A DNA stretch of 64,000 bases. Source: Selaginella moellendorffii (taxonomy: Eukaryota > Plantae > Lycopodiophyta). The translations under genes and the position numbers were made by a program. Positions 20,683 to 35,240 of this stretch are shown here, in pieces; position 1 is the stretch's first letter, and each line of letters starts with the position of its first letter. Under the pieces are notes generated by a model. That model saw nothing but the letters and a program-made list of their open reading frames with translations, searched no databases and was not told where the DNA came from. Location: the NCBI RefSeq assembly GCF_000143415.4, contig NW_003314273.1, forward strand, positions 1,704,052-1,768,051, read 5' to 3'.

Positions 20683-23600
20683 ATAAGCCACCAAGGAGAA
20701 CAACTAACTATCATAAAAGATCATTAATCATCTCATTAATGAAGAAATGCATAATCATCGTCGAAAAAAGAATCCACCATCACGAAGAATGGCAAGCTAA
20801 TAGGCCAAAATGCCTTCTCTAACAACTTTTAACAAATGGACCACAAGCATGAAAACTTAAGAAACCAAAAGCTCAAAGAAACTTATAGCTAAATCTTGCT
20901 TAATTATGAACATGAGTTTCGCATAAACTAACTTCAATGCTAAAGAAGAAATCATGGTACAACCCACAATATCCTCCTCAACACATCTATAAGCTAAACT
21001 TCATAATGCATAGCTAATGAAGAGCATATTTATATCAATTCAAAAACTAAACACAATGGAGTTATGCTAAATGCAAAAACCAACTTCAACATCGAAGATA
21101 ATAGGCCAAAATGCCTTCTCTAACAATTTAACAAATGGACCACAAGCATGAAAACTTAAGAAACCAAAAGCTCAAAGAAACCTATAGTTAAGTCTTGTTT
21201 AATTATGAACATGAGTTTCGCATAAACTAACTTCAATACTAAAGAAGAAATCATGGTACAACCCACAATATCCTCCTCAACACATCTATAAGCTAAACTT
21301 CATAATGCTAAAGCTAATGAACAACATATTTGTATCAATTCAAAAACCAAACACAATGGAGTTATGCTCAATAAGTGCATTAAACGATTCTCCATGATTC
21401 TATTTTCTATAGCAAGACGTAACTCACATCATAACAAGCACAAGAAGAATCATCAATGATTGATATATCCCTAACTCAAATCCAATAAAATTTAAATATT
21501 TCAATATTGATCACTAACTCTTCCTCTCGTAAAGCTAGCATAATCTATGACTAATCACTTTTCAAGGAAAAGCCAAAGCTTAATTTCTACTAAGAAATCT
21601 CATCTAGAACACAACTAACTCAACTTGCCACTCAATTTCTTTGAATGTCAATACAATTGCTAACTAGCATATAGATGATTGCCAATAACGTAAAGCCATA
21701 GCTAAATCATCAACACTATCTTCATTCAAATCTCAACATCAACAATGTCAACGACAAAGCATCACTTTAATGCCATCAACACCATAACAAAACTAAAAGA
21801 AAGTAAGAGTGAATCACAACTCAAAGCTCTTTAGCAACTTAAGCTAACCAAAGTCGAAGATACTTTAGTCAGTATTCAAGATCAATCCTTCAGCAAAACT
21901 CAATTATAGATAACACTTCCTCAAGGAGTGAATCACCACATCTAAAACTTAATGAAATCTAACACTACGAATTAAATGCAACCAAATGTTATTGACAGAG
22001 ATAAAGTCGACATGTGTAAGTCTAACCACATGATCCTCCTTAACACCATTTGGTAAAGAGCAATCACTAGTCACCAAGTAACCAACAATAACTTTTCAAC
22101 TTGCCTTCATAAGACTCAAACACTAAATTCGTGCCATCAAGTCATATACTTGTCCAATATGAACTTAACATCTCAGGCACAAGATAAAAGTTCATAGACA
22201 CACAAACTAAATGACCACTTGAATCCAACTCAACCGCAATAAGCTCACCAATGCATTTAGCCAATAGCTCTGAGCATGTTTTGAAGAGGCTAGCTATGCA
22301 TGATCAACACTTAGTCAAAATTAAAGTGAAGACCATGAGATGGACTCATATTGGTACATAACCTCCTCATAGACGAAGCTTTAGTATGGGTACCAACTTC
22401 TCAACCTTAAACAACTAAGTTGGACATCACCATCCTCAGCCAAGGCGCAGGGCTACCAAGACTAAATCAAGATCAATAAAAGCTCACTACCTCCATAGAG
22501 TTTAACAAAATGCAAGGTGCAATTTGCCACTAAATATAACGCTACAAAAGAAAGGCACAAGGGTCACCTTTCTTAGAAAAGCACAACAACCACTTTTTTA
22601 CACCAACTCTAGATTCTATCCAACTCAATTGATTTAGGCCCTAAAAGTTAACATCCCTTTTAAGCCATATTATACAAACTACCTACTAAGGTTTAGGCTA
22701 ACCAAAGTCAATTCCAACCCTTTCATTAGTTTATAGTGGCTTATGAAAATAGAATGGTTTTCAAACAAAGCGACCAATAGATCAGCCATAGGGATATTTT
22801 AACAAAATTTGTGGAAATTTTCCATCCTAGAGGAAGAATGACTCAAAGTCTAAGAATACAAACTTTCAAGACTTAACAAACTTCCTTCTAACAACAACTT
22901 TCACATAGATTCACCTCAACAAAAATTCTCAAGACCCATAATATCCTTAGCATCGAATATCTTGCCCATGGTTTTGGTCAGAGTCTTAGTCTTGGTCTCG
23001 GTTCCATCTTGGACTCCATCTTGGGTCCATCTCGGACACCATCTAGGGTCCATCTCGGACTTCATCTTTATTTCCGACATCCAACACTGACATCCATAAA
23101 ATGCAAAATAAACATTTAAGGCTTGATCACAAAAACCATATCTTTGGATATCCATATTGCACTAACACTCTTTTTCAACCACCTTCAAGATCCAATGTGA
23201 AACCAAAACACTAACAAAAAACTGACATAGAGAATTAAGGTTTAAGGAGAATTCTTCATCATTAAAAATAACAATATCACTTCCACTAACACAAGTGTTA
23301 GGGAAGTTAATGTCTTAACTACACATTTTTTCCATCCAACAATCTACTTTAAGTGTTAACAGATAAATTAACAAGCCATAGCAAGTGAATGCTATAACCC
23401 TTTTAAACACCACAATAGGCAAGCCCCAGAAAACAAGGTACCAATTTAAGCTTAGCATAATGGACCACCATCGGGAATCCAGTCAAAGTTACTATAATGC
23501 TACTATGTGCAAGTAGATTAGCTTCACTATCAGCCACTTTGGGGTTGATCATCGTTTACCCAAGCAACTTCGTAAACACATTGTTCATTATTACATGGAT

Positions 23601-24072
23601 ATGATATAAGTATCACAATGACTTGATCATCAATTGAGCAACACCACGAGCAATGCATATGTTATTAATTCAAAGGTTTATGTGAGTATCAAGTGCCAAC
23701 TCGATTCGCTAAAATGCAACATAAATGCCACACCCCACCGACAGAGATTTACAACATTGAACACCACCAACTTTTGTTCAAAACACGAACAAGCTCATGC
23801 CACTCTCTTTTTGACCAAATTCAAAATTAATCTAATACCAAGCTACTCAAGGAGCAATAACAAGGTTCCCCAAAAAAGAATTGAGCAGCCCAGCATTGTA
23901 ATCCAAATCTTCAATAGCAAGCCTAGACAAAATGGTATATCACTTCACTACTACCCATCCCATGACTCACCATTTATAAGACCATTATAACCAATATATA
24001 TCAAGGTAGGGACTCTTGATTGCATGATGTGAACACAAACAATGAGTCAAACACCTCGTTATAAATCTCTCC
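20683..24072 (-). mobile_element. Internal (non-coding) region of family D LTR element, decayed copy
   Basis: Reverse-complement similarity to 44900-45640 and 61738-64000, for example CAAGGTAGGGACTCTTGATTGCATGATGTGAAC. Confidence 0.75.
20801..21368. repeat. About 300-bp tandem duplication
   Basis: TAGGCCAAAATGCCTTCTCTAACAA...CACAATGGAGTTATGCT occurs at 20801-21068 and 21102-21368. Confidence 0.9.
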
Positions 24073-24878
24073 AACAAGTGGGGTAGCTTGGTGAAGTGTT
24101 CAAAAGCCGGCTTTAGTTCCCCCGGGAGATCGACTGGCCGATGCTCCCAGTCCAAGTGTGGGTGGCACTACCTACTTGGATACCTGTCGTGGCTCAACGG
24201 AACCTCGCTCTAAGCCCATGGCTAGAGCACCTAAAGGCGAAAGGCGGGGAGAGTACCCATGAGGCTTGCGTAAGGCCACGGTGTTCCGAAATGTTGTCCC
24301 AAAGTCCCAGACTATGGAAAGGAAGAGGAGTAGCCCTCTGGTGTGGTGACAAAGGACATAGTCACCCAGTGAGGAAGTCCCAGAGGACAGTTGGACTTAG
24401 AGGTCGGGCCTACGGGCCTTGATCCAGTGGCAGTGTTGGCGAACACGGCCATCGACAGAGAGGGACTTGGTGGGGACCGGAAAAGAGATATTGGGGAAGG
24501 TTATTCCCTAAGTCTGCGAGCATCCTAAGGATGCTAAGGAGTGGATCTGGGATGATCCCTCATGGATGGATGGCCTAGTCTATGAGAGACAGGATTGCAA
24601 TGTAGGTGGTGTTGGACCACCAGCATGACCAAGGTGAATAGGTATGGCCTCAGCGTAACGGGCCGATATGTCGGTGATACCTTGGGGTGTCGATCATGGG
24701 ATCGGACATGTGGAGCACTTAGACCAAGTGCAAAGGTTGAGTGGTATGGATGCCATTCTCGGGGCTAGCAAGCCCCAAGTCCTAACTGGGACTTGTGGAG
24801 GTTGTGAATGAGACTCCTCCAAGTGGTCGGAGGTGTGGTTAAGTGACTAAAGTAAAATGGAAAAATTAGTCGCTTACA
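24073..24878 (+). mobile_element. 3-prime half of a family A LTR
   Basis: Matches 48330-49137 and ends ...TAGTCGCTTACA. Confidence 0.88.
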
Positions 24879-25353
24879 GTCCCCTCCTTGCCCTTGTGGG
24901 GCAAGGGTTTTATACAAGGAAGATGGGGAATATTCTAAGGACCAGAATATTCCCTCTCTCTCTCTCACTCTCTCGGTGGCCATGCCCTAACATGCGACCA
25001 CGGTGGATCGCACTGGCTCTAGATGCATGAGAATCCTCCGAAGAGTGTAAAGAGATGGTGGTGGCACTCTGAGAAGGTGGCTAGTCTGATATGTCGGACT
25101 GAAGAAGACAGCAGCTGAAAAGGACGGCATAGTTGCTGGGTTGCCGGTAAAGCGAGGTGGCGTGTGTCCACTGAGTGCTAGAGTATAAAAAATTGGCTTT
25201 GGCTTCTGTGGCCTCGCCTAAATATCCACCTAGGTGCCTTGAGTGAACAGGTTCACCCGGTTGGAAAAAAGTCACTCCAGAAAAGCTAATGCGTCATCGG
25301 CAAATGGTCATAAGGATATCTTGGAAACGACATGTCCAAATGAGGTGGTGTCT

Positions 25354-27724
25354 TGTTAGGCTCCAGCTTTGACCACATGGTCAACGTCGGTCAAAGGGAG
25401 GCTCAAGGGTATATTAAGGCATGTTAGGGTAAGGGACTTAACCTACCCTAGGGCTCACAATGGAGCGGCGGCACAGTGGAGCTTTTGAGGTAGCTCGAGG
25501 GTGGTTGGGTGGTGAGGAACCTCAAGAGGTGGTATAGCATAGTCTAGGGCGACTAGATCTTTGTCTTTTTGTGCCGGATCATAACATTGGTATCAGAGAA
25601 GTTGGTTGCAATGGTTGACCAAGCTAAACACTAGAATCCTATTGTCGATGGTGGTGCCGACGATGGTGCCGATGAAGCTGCGGAGATTTGAACCATTCAA
25701 GATGTGGTTCATGAGCTGCGAGCCCTAATCGAAATCAATAAGAGATGCAAGACGAGATGCATGGCATGATGGATACCATGCGTGGGCGTGTTGAGGCACT
25801 TGAGGCTGGATGGGCTAGCGCTCCAAGTAAGCCTTGGTAGATCGATTCAAGATTCCAACTTTTTCTTGTGATGGTGGTGTGGACAAGTGTCTCGCTTGGC
25901 TAGCCAATGTGAAGAAGTTCTTGGCTACTAGGGGAACTCCAGATCTAGAGGCTTTAGTGGCTATTCCGATGGTTTTGCGTGATGCGGGTCTTCGATGGTG
26001 GAATTGGCTTGAGGAGTCTTGTGTTGCAAATAAGAAACCACTAGTGTCTACCATGGATGAGTTTAAGGCTGCTTTTTGTTTATGTTTTGCCCCTCATTAC
26101 GATGTGGAGAATGCTCGTACAAAACTTCGACCTAAGGGAAAATGACGCTCAGGGACTATATTGAGAAGCTTACTCGCTTGATTAGTCGTGTTCCAACGAA
26201 GGATCCAGATCAAAACAAGTCCGACTTCATTGATGGCTTACATAGTGAGAGTATGCGGCAACACTTCCGTCATTCTCAGCCTACAAAGAGTTTGGAAGAG
26301 CTCTTTGATGCGGCTTGTCGACTTGACAATGACAAGCACAAGTCTTGCAAGCGTTCGCAGAGTCCTTCTGTCGAGAATCGTCATGATAATCACCGTGGAC
26401 ACAAGGATGGGAACAAGCATCATAAGTTGAAGTCGGTGGTGACTACTTCGGATGCAAAGGGGTCCAAGAAGCAAAAGTTCTTTGTGAAGATTTATAGATA
26501 GGGTTGTCATCATTGCGGCGAACTTAGACACTACAAGGCTGATTGTTTGCAATTAAAGAACAAGCACCAGGACAAGAAGATTGGCCATTCTTCTCACGGT
26601 AAGTCAGATACTAAAAAGTTGCAAGCTTTGTAGTGTGAGGATGATGAAAACGACCATTCCAGTTGGAGGAAGAGACTTTCGATCGTTGCTCATCAGCTCA
26701 ACTGTGTATGGAACAAGATGGAGCTCAAGGATACGTGTGAATCAACTTTAATGCTGGAAGCTGTGTTCTATGGCAATCCCGTGCAGATTTTACTGGATAG
26801 TGGGAGCGATGACAACGTTGTTTCTTCAAAGTTTGTTGCGGAACATGGCCTAGTCACATGCGGAGTTCTTCCATACACAATGGAAGGTGCAGCTACCTCT
26901 GCTCAGCATTTCGATGCTTGTGTCGAAGGGCTGGAAGTGTTAGTTGGCAAAACCACACTTGTGGAAACTTTTTATCTCGCAGATATCTATCGTGTGGATC
27001 TCATTCTTAGGATGCCATGGTTGGTGAAGGTGAATCCAAAGATAAAGTGGAGTATTAAACATATCTCGCTGGAATATGGTGGCATTAAAGATGTGTGGTT
27101 TGGTGAGGGCATTCAGCCATCAGTTGGTATGCTCTCTGCTACATCTTTGAAGCGGGCTTGTCATAATGGAAAAGCACTTTCGAGTTACTTGCTGTTTGTT
27201 CGTGACTTGGGGGACCAAGGCATATGTGGGGGAGAAGCAGCAGTATGGGATGTACTTGACGAGTTTTCTAATGTTTTTCCATCTGAACTTCCTCAAATTG
27301 CCTCCATTACAAGGTGTGGAGCATGGGATTACATTAGAGCTGGGGACGCGGCCAATTTACCGGCGTCCATTTTGGTTAAGTTATGTGGAGGAGCAAGAAG
27401 TTCAATGACAAGTCAAGGAGTTACTTGAGTTTAGATTTATTCAGCCAAGTAAGTCTCTGTTTGGTGCTCTGGTCTTGCTTGTGAAGAAGGACGGTTCAAT
27501 ACGAATGTGTATTGAGTATTGCACTTTGAACAAGAAGACAGTGAAGGATAAGATGCTGATGCCATGTGTGGATAATATCCTAGACAAGCTTGGTGAAGCA
27601 CGAGTGTTTACCAAGATTAATCTGAAGAGTGGATATCATCAGATTGCAATGGATAATTCATCTATCTCCAAGACAACATTCAACACAAGCTTCAGACATT
27701 TTGAGTTTACAATTATGCCGTTTG
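25354..27724 (+). mobile_element. 3-prime-truncated family B Ty3/gypsy element: 5-prime LTR 25354-25586, Met-tRNA PBS, decayed gag-protease-RT
   Basis: LTR matches 20450-20682; PBS TGGTATCAGAG at 25588; CHHCGELRHYKADC zinc knuckle; ILLDSGS protease; start of RT. Confidence 0.9.
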
Positions 27725-29915
27725 TGGACAAAGTAGGGGCTGGTCTAGCGAGGGGAGAACTTCGAAAGTGGCATAAACTCCTTGAGTAGAACAAGATCGC
27801 CATCCTCAACTGGTTCAGCAAATCGCTGGTGATCAATGACTGACTTGATCTTCTGCTTGCCTCAAAGGAGATGTTCCGATGTGGATCGTCGATGTTCTTC
27901 CAATGCAAGAACCTCCAAGTCACGTGTATGAAGCTTGTCCTCATCACTGCGTATCAAAGGGAAAGTGAGAGTGATGGCTCTTGGATCTCCATTCGGAGCA
28001 CAACCTCTATCCCATAGACAAGGGAGAATGGGGTCGTGGAGATGGATGTCTTGAAGGATGTCCAAAAGGCCCACAACACCATAACCAAGTGCTTGTGCCA
28101 ACGCCATGGGTGATCCTCCACAAGTTTGAGATGACTGTCTTCAGTATCTTGTTGCTAGACTCGTCTTAACCATTGTACTCAAGATAATAGCTGCTGCCCC
28201 TCATGTGCTTGACCTGCAGCTGCTGGAGAAGATGCTGCATCAGCTGTCCAAGGAAGTCGCTGCCACGATTGGAAATCAAAACAGCAGGAACTCCGAATTG
28301 CCAAATGATGTACTCGTAGACAAACTTTGCTGTAGATTGTTGATCTGCTTGTCGTAGAGGGGCAGCCTCAACCCATTTTGTGAAACAGTCCATCGCCATG
28401 ATGATGTATCGCTGTCCTTTTGAGCTTGGTGGGTTGATCGGGCCAACAAAGTCAAGTCCCCACTGAGAAAAGGGACCTGGAGAAGTAATGAGCTGGAAAG
28501 GAAGACGTGGAACATGGCTCTGGGGGTTGAGCCATTAGCATTGCTCACATGCCTTTGCATAGGCCAAGCTGTCTTGGTGAATTCGAGGCCAAAAGTAGCC
28601 ATGGTGCAAGAGGAGCTGTGCTGTGACCCATCCCGAGAAATACCTCACACAAGAGTGGAAAGCATGAAGGAGCTTAGGACCTTGTGTTCCCCACACACCA
28701 CAACAAAACTTCCTGAGAAGTTCTCCTGTAAAGGTGTCCGTCGAGAAGGAAAAACCCTCGTGCTTGGATCTCCAATGCCTTTTGTTGCACTGGTGAGGAA
28801 TCTACTGGAAACTGACCTGAATCCAGGTACACTGCAATGTCCTGTAATGCTTATGGGACCACAAAGGAAGTAGCTTCAGCAACTAGGAACTCGCTCGGAT
28901 CCATCACACACTTCCGCCGCATGTGAAAAGTTGGCTAGAACTCTTGGATGGTCACAATCCAAGATAAAGTACGAGGACTGTGAACCGGTCACTGTAAAAG
29001 AAAGGTTAGCACATTAAAATAGATATGGAAATGGATATAGGCTCCAGCAAGAAAGTGAAGGTGTAAACAACAGCCACTACTTTTTTTTCCGCATCCACGT
29101 ACCTCTTCTCAGTCTCCTTGAACAAATGTGAGGCATAATATGTTGTATGTGGTGGCTTGCCAAGCTGTGAACATTGGCAAAGGCATACTCCAAAAGCCTC
29201 TAAACCCGTTATGATGTAAATGTTGAAAGGAAGTTGTTTCTTTGGTGATTGGAGTATTGGGGTCGTGCGGAGTGACTGCTTTAGTGACTCAAAAGGCTTG
29301 TTGCTAGGACTCACCCCAGTAAAATGGAACGTTGTGTTGTAGTAGGGCTATCAGAGGCTGTAAACATGCAGCATAGTTGTGGAAGAAACGGCGAAAGAAA
29401 CCTGTTTGCCCGAGGAAGCTATGAAGCTCCTTCAAGTTGGTTGGTGGGTTCTAATCCAGAATCTCCTGAGCCTTGGCTACCTGGGGCTTGATCCCATCTT
29501 GCAAGACATCAAAGCCTAGCAACCGGCCTTCAGTCACCCCAAATTTGGGTTCAATAAAAACCTATGTTGTCGGCAGCAAGTGAAGATTTGCTCCAAGTGC
29601 ACAAGGTGGTCCTCAAAGGAGTCAGAGGTCATGCACAGATCATCCATATACACCCTTAAGGCACCTTCAATCAAGTTGTGAAAGGCATGGGTCATGAAGC
29701 GTTGAAAAGTAGCTCTGGCATTACACAAGCCAAATGAGAGACCGTTGAAAGTGAAGATTCCCCAAGGTGTCCGGAAGGCCATAAGATCTCAATGATCAGG
29801 ATGAATGAATATCTGGTTGTACCCTGAAAAGCCATCCATAAAAGGGTAGTAACGGTGTCCAGCCATCTTATCCACAATCGCATCGATAAATGGAGTTGAA
29901 AAGTGATCTTTCACA
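27725..29915 (-). pseudogene. Non-chromovirus (Athila/Tat-like) Ty3/gypsy pol fragment: RT, RNase H, integrase
   Basis: KDHFSTPFIDAIVDKMAGH...MDGFSGYNQI, RVYMDDL, and GPFSQWGLDFVGPINPPSSKGQRYIIMAMDCFTKWVEA. Confidence 0.85.
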
Positions 29916-29919
29916 AGTA

Positions 29920-30515
29920 AGTTATCATCCGATAAACTAGTATTATAGTATAGGAACCACCAAGATCACAAGAGTTGGAAACATAGGATTCACTATCTAA
30001 CAAAATTCAATAACTAGTGTATCATCAAGGATACTTAATGACAAAACATAACTATCAAAGATTGCAAACAGAGTGCCAAACAACTTATGAAGGATAACTC
30101 AAAGAACACAAAGTATCATTGACTGACAAGCAAAATGCTCGCGAATGTATCGCCCAAAGGAAATAACATTCCAACCTATAAGAACTAACTCGAGTAATAA
30201 TCAACAAAACAAAATGAAAGTGGTAAGACAAACAAACATTCATTCATGCCAACTATTGCACTAGCTAATCTGAATAAATCCCAGCCAACAACACCAAGGA
30301 ATTTAAGTTGCATAAACAAGTATCAGCCACATCCTATTGATATCTCAAACCCAAGAGACCAATCCAGAGCAAACCACAAAGAACATGTGGTATTGCAAAA
30401 AGCCATAAACCATCAAGGAGAACCACTAACAATCATGAAAGATTATCAATCATCCCATCAATGAAGAGATGCATAATCATTATCAAAGAGGAATTCACCA
30501 TCTTAAAGAATGGCA
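29920..30515 (-). mobile_element. Further fragment of family D-like internal sequence
   Basis: 30408-30515 aligns by eye with 20686-20795. Confidence 0.5.
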
Positions 30516-30519
30516 ATTC

Positions 30520-32709
30520 ATTCCATATCAACAACAATCAAGCAAAACCTTTTAACAAGTTGTAACACTGCACTAAATAGCATAACTAGATGCATCACAA
30601 TGCATTTTGAAGGGTTTATCAAGATCTGGGATCCTGAGAATAAGAACTGTAGTCAAGATCTCCTTCAATGGTACGAAAACATGCTAATAAGCTGGTGTCC
30701 AATGAAATGGTATACTACTCTTTGTTAACTCAGTCAACGGAAGAGCAATTCTTGCAAAATTGGAAACAAACTTCCGATAGTATCCCACCAAACCGGGAAA
30801 GGAATGAACATCTGATACAGTGGTCAGAACTTCCTAAGACTTCACTACTTCCACCTTTTTTGGATCCACCTTAATTACACCACCACCAACAACTCCAATA
30901 TCTTCTTTGGTACAGGATCAACCCTATCACCAATTTGAATTGAGTCACCAACACCCTTACCTTCCATCACTTGAACCCAAAAGGTTCGACATCCCTTTTT
31001 AGCTGCTTTCTAAGCAGCTCTCGCAGTCAAGAACTGAGCATCCCAATCCTTTGAGGAGCGCTTTTGCAACTGGAAGGACACATTGGGATATCCTTCTGAC
31101 TTCAATATGATATGACTTTATCCAACACCATAAATCCCTTTAATATATTTGTTGAAGAAATCCATACCAAACACCATATGAAAATCTGGTATCTTCAACA
31201 CTACCAAGTCCATTCTTTCTTTCCACTTGGATATTTTTATTGGAACATTACTCACAAATTTTCTAGCTACTTGCCCATCTTTCGCAAACTAGAAGTGTAT
31301 GGGCGACATTTTCTCAACATTCAATCCTAACAACTTAACTAAGTCTTCGGATATCACGCTGTGCATAGCTCCGTGTCAATCATCACTCGGATTCGATGTC
31401 TGCATACAAAGCCTACCAGATACATCAATGGATTAGTGTTTGCATTGACTGCGAGAAAAACTTGAGGAAAGCAACGAAAGTAACTCACCTCATCTTCCTC
31501 ATAGTTTGCATTGACCAACTTGTTAACCCCTTCAGCTTCACCACCACCATCTTCCCTCATGACATTAACACGAGACCTTGTCTTATGTTTGTGGGACATT
31601 CCAAGGACATGTCTTGACTCTCCACAATCGAAGCAATGACCCACACTACCCATTCCGGGAGCAAGTTTCGCAACTTGCTACTGCTTGTACCCACTAGGAG
31701 GAGGAACAGAGGGTCTAGAACCAGAAGAAGCTGCTGGTGGTCTCCAACTACCACCACCACCTTTGTTAACCGTTTTTTGTGAGCCTCCAGGGCAAAACCT
31801 TACTTCCACCCTCTATTTCCAGTCACCTTGTTTATTCCCAGAATTCTTATTCTTATCCGAGGTACCAACATACGGCTGCTGATAATATTCTTCTATGAGC
31901 GAGTGACTAAAGGCAACTTGCTGTGCTACCTCCTTACACTCTAGGTACGTCTTCGGCTTCAACTTCAAAATCTTATTGCGAGAAAGTGAACTTAAACCCT
32001 CTAGGAAATAACTCCGAGCATCTTCATCACTCATATTTGCAATCATAATGCACTTCTGAGCAAATGCATTAACATAATGCATGAGGTCCCCTTGCTGCTT
32101 TAACTACCGCAGCTCCATGCGATGTCTCAGACCAAGATCATCCGGCAAGTATTCCTTACGGATACGAGACCGCATCTTGGTCCAACTTCTAGTTTGCCCT
32201 TTTTCAGCACACACCTGGCGCCACAAAGTTTTGGCATGATCAGTGAGAAAGGATTGCGTGCACACAACTTTCATACAATCATCTACATCTGCCACTATAA
32301 AATAATTTTCCATATCGTAAACCCAATCTTCCAAAACCTAATAGTCCCGCATGCCTCTAAAATTGGGTGGTTTTGGAGGCTTGAACTTTGAAACTCGTGC
32401 AATCAGGGGCCGCTGTAGAACTTCATTGTCCTCAGAACTTGAAGAGGAGTCTAGTTTATTAGGTTTAGCTGGTTTAGCCGCCTCAGCTTCTTTCTTCCTT
32501 TTTTTGTTCTCCTTCTTCAATTTGCGAACTTCTCTTCGCAAATTTTTAATCTCAATCTCCTGAGCCGTACACTGCAGTGCTGCAGCATCTGGCTCTTCCA
32601 CTTCTGACTCAGCTTTAGCCTCTTCTGTAGCATCTCTAGCAGGAGTTTCCTCCTCTCAATTCACCTATCTAGAGGTTTCAGTGTCATCAGCATGGTTCCT
32701 TTTCACCAT
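30520..32709 (-). pseudogene. Decayed chromovirus-like gag-protease plus RT/RNase H remnants
   Basis: KFKPPKPPNFRGMRDY*VLEDWVYDMENYF (homologous to the gag at 55410), CFDCGESRH, and VMIDT protease motif. Confidence 0.82.
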
Positions 32710-32897
32710 CCTATGGTGGTTAAAGCATCGAGGGGACCTTATGCATTATGTTAATATGTTTACTCAAAAGCATATTATGATTGCAAATATGAGTGATGAA
32801 GATGCTTGAAGTTATTTTCTAGAGGGTTTTTCACTTTCTCCCAATGAGCTTTTGAAGTTTAAGGTAAAGACGTACTTGGAGTGTAAGGTGATCTTTC

Positions 32898-35240
32898 TTG
32901 CTTATCATGATTATTTTGCAATCAGAGATGGAGTGTGGTGCCAACGGAGGTGCCCAAGTGAGACCTTGCATTGATGGTGCTTCGAGAGCGGAGTCAATAG
33001 GTTGTGGTAGTGGCATAAGGACAAGATCACTCCACCCAATAAAAGGTGTGCTTGATCTAGTAGGCAGAGAAATTATGGGCGTGGAGCTACCCAAAGAAAG
33101 GCAGCAACTCCCCGGAACACAAGTAGTGGGAAGGGGCTTGCTAGATGGCATATCTGTGGATGACACAACACTTTTTCTGCTAGGAACAAAGGCAAACGTG
33201 GATGCTGCAAGAACTAGGCTAGAGAATTTCAACACAACAGCAAGAGTGACCATCAATTGGAACAAGTCAGTAGGGATCAACTGGGGTTGCCTTGGCATAG
33301 AGGAGTAGGGACGCGACATTGACTTCCAGTGGTTGGCACCGGGAGAAGACACACGGTACCTGGGAATACAGGTAGGAGGCGAGTTTAAAGCATCTATGCA
33401 GGACTCAATGTTGCTGCGGAGGATTAAGACAGCAATTTAGAAATGGGCTCCACAAAAATTGGGACTGCCGGCAAGAGTGGTGGTGGCAAAAAGCATCGTG
33501 CTGCCATGTACATGGTACCACCTCTCAATATGGCCAGTTCTGGACACAACAATCAAACGTATAAGGTCAATGGTGCGTAAGTATGTGTGGAAAGGGGTGC
33601 TGGTCAGTGGCCAGATGATGGCCAAAGTGGCATGGCAGTCCACGGCAAGGCCACGAGTTCTAGGAGGATTGGGGATAATCGACCCGAGTGACATGAGCAA
33701 GGCGTTGAGGTATAAATTCATACTAATGGGCCTCCAATCAGGGGCCCAAGCTTGGAAGCTTCTTTTCAGGTAAAGCCAGGGAAGTGGTGAAATGTGCAGC
33801 TAGACCTGTTGAGACTATTGAGGGTAGTGATAGGGGCAAGAACGATGGACAAATAGCCGACAAGAAGACTACATGCTGGGGACATTGTGGCAATCTAATG
33901 GGAGGATACACTAGATGGGGAGTAGGTTCCACTTGGAAGATGGTCTCGGGCATTTACAGCACCAACTCCAGCCTAGAATGAAGGGGAGACAGAGGTGTGG
34001 TTTGTGACGGATCCAGATCAAAACCTCGGCAGGCTTTTTTGAGTGGTGCGAGGAGACACTCTTCTTGAGGTAGGGGGTATTTAGACGATGCCTCAAGTCA
34101 CGAACGACAAAGTAAAAGGATGAATCCAAGTCCTGCAACAGTCAGCAACTCGAACATAGGTGATAGAATCACCATGGTGGCTAGAAGGAGACAGATGCTT
34201 AGTTTGGTGGTAGAAAGAGCTCATAGAAGACCTAGACTAGGACCCAACAGCATGGAGATGTGGAGCAAATGGATTCTTTACATATGAGGTCAAGGACGCA
34301 CGGAACGGACTGATGGTGAACAAGGAATTTGAGAGACAAGAAATACCAAGACTGTGGCAAAAGTGGATCGCAATAGAAGTGGAAGTGGACCAGGTGATCA
34401 ACAACACAGTCGCATGCTGGAAACTACCGATCCAAGAGAAGTCAAAGGTCACCTCTTGGTTTGTGGCAACAAATGGCTTGCTAGTATGACAGTGTTTTCA
34501 AGCGGAGGATGCTCACAGGTGTTCAGAATGTGGGGCGCTAGAGATAGGAGCACACCTCCTCTAGAAGTGTGATGTGGCAAAGCAGACATGGAGGCAGGTA
34601 GTGAAGGTGACGAGGGAACTAGAGAGCAAGTAGGATTTTGAAATACGCGAAGGGGATGTCACCCAATGGTTCTTAGAAGCAAGGGGGCCATGCACAAGAG
34701 CAGCTTGGCAAAAGATTGGTTGTTGGGGACATTCAGGATGGGGCACCTGAGTCAGGTGGGACACTGTAGGAGCTGAGGTCGGGACCTCAGTGTGGGAGGC
34801 CCTTGGGCAGTCTAGCTGGGAGATATGGTGGGCATCCGGGGTATAGACACTTTGGGAAGCTTGGAACCACAACCACTTTGAGGGACAGAATGCTTGGATT
34901 TCGGTGATTATGGCGAATTGGTGGAGGCTCACACTGGCTTCTGTCTGCTTGAGGGATACGTTGCTCCAGAAACACAGAAAAAGGGAGGCTCTGGCAGCTT
35001 GGTGATGACAATGGACCCTATGCTATGGAGTAGAGCATGAGGGAGATGTCAAGTGGAAATGGAGACCATTTGCCACTGTAGTAAAGGAGGTATGACAAGG
35101 CAATTTGGCACTAGATGTATTGCGGAGGCAACAACCATAGCAGCCACAGTTGGAAGGTAGTGATTGCCATTAGGTGGACGATAGCAAGATGGCTTTGTTG
35201 AGTGAACAGCACTATGGGTGATTCATTTTTGTATTAGTCC
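32898..35240 (+). pseudogene. 5-prime-truncated L1-clade LINE ORF2 remnant (RT thumb and downstream region)
   Basis: SVDDTTLFL (FADD region), INWNKS, RYLGIQVG, and AKVAWQSTARPRVLGGLGIID, with many stops and frameshifts. Confidence 0.82.

Noticed and set aside
17535-27724. The two family B pieces as one element
   Set aside because: Their order is reversed, they overlap in RT, and the flanking 5-mers (ATAAG vs TGTCT) differ.
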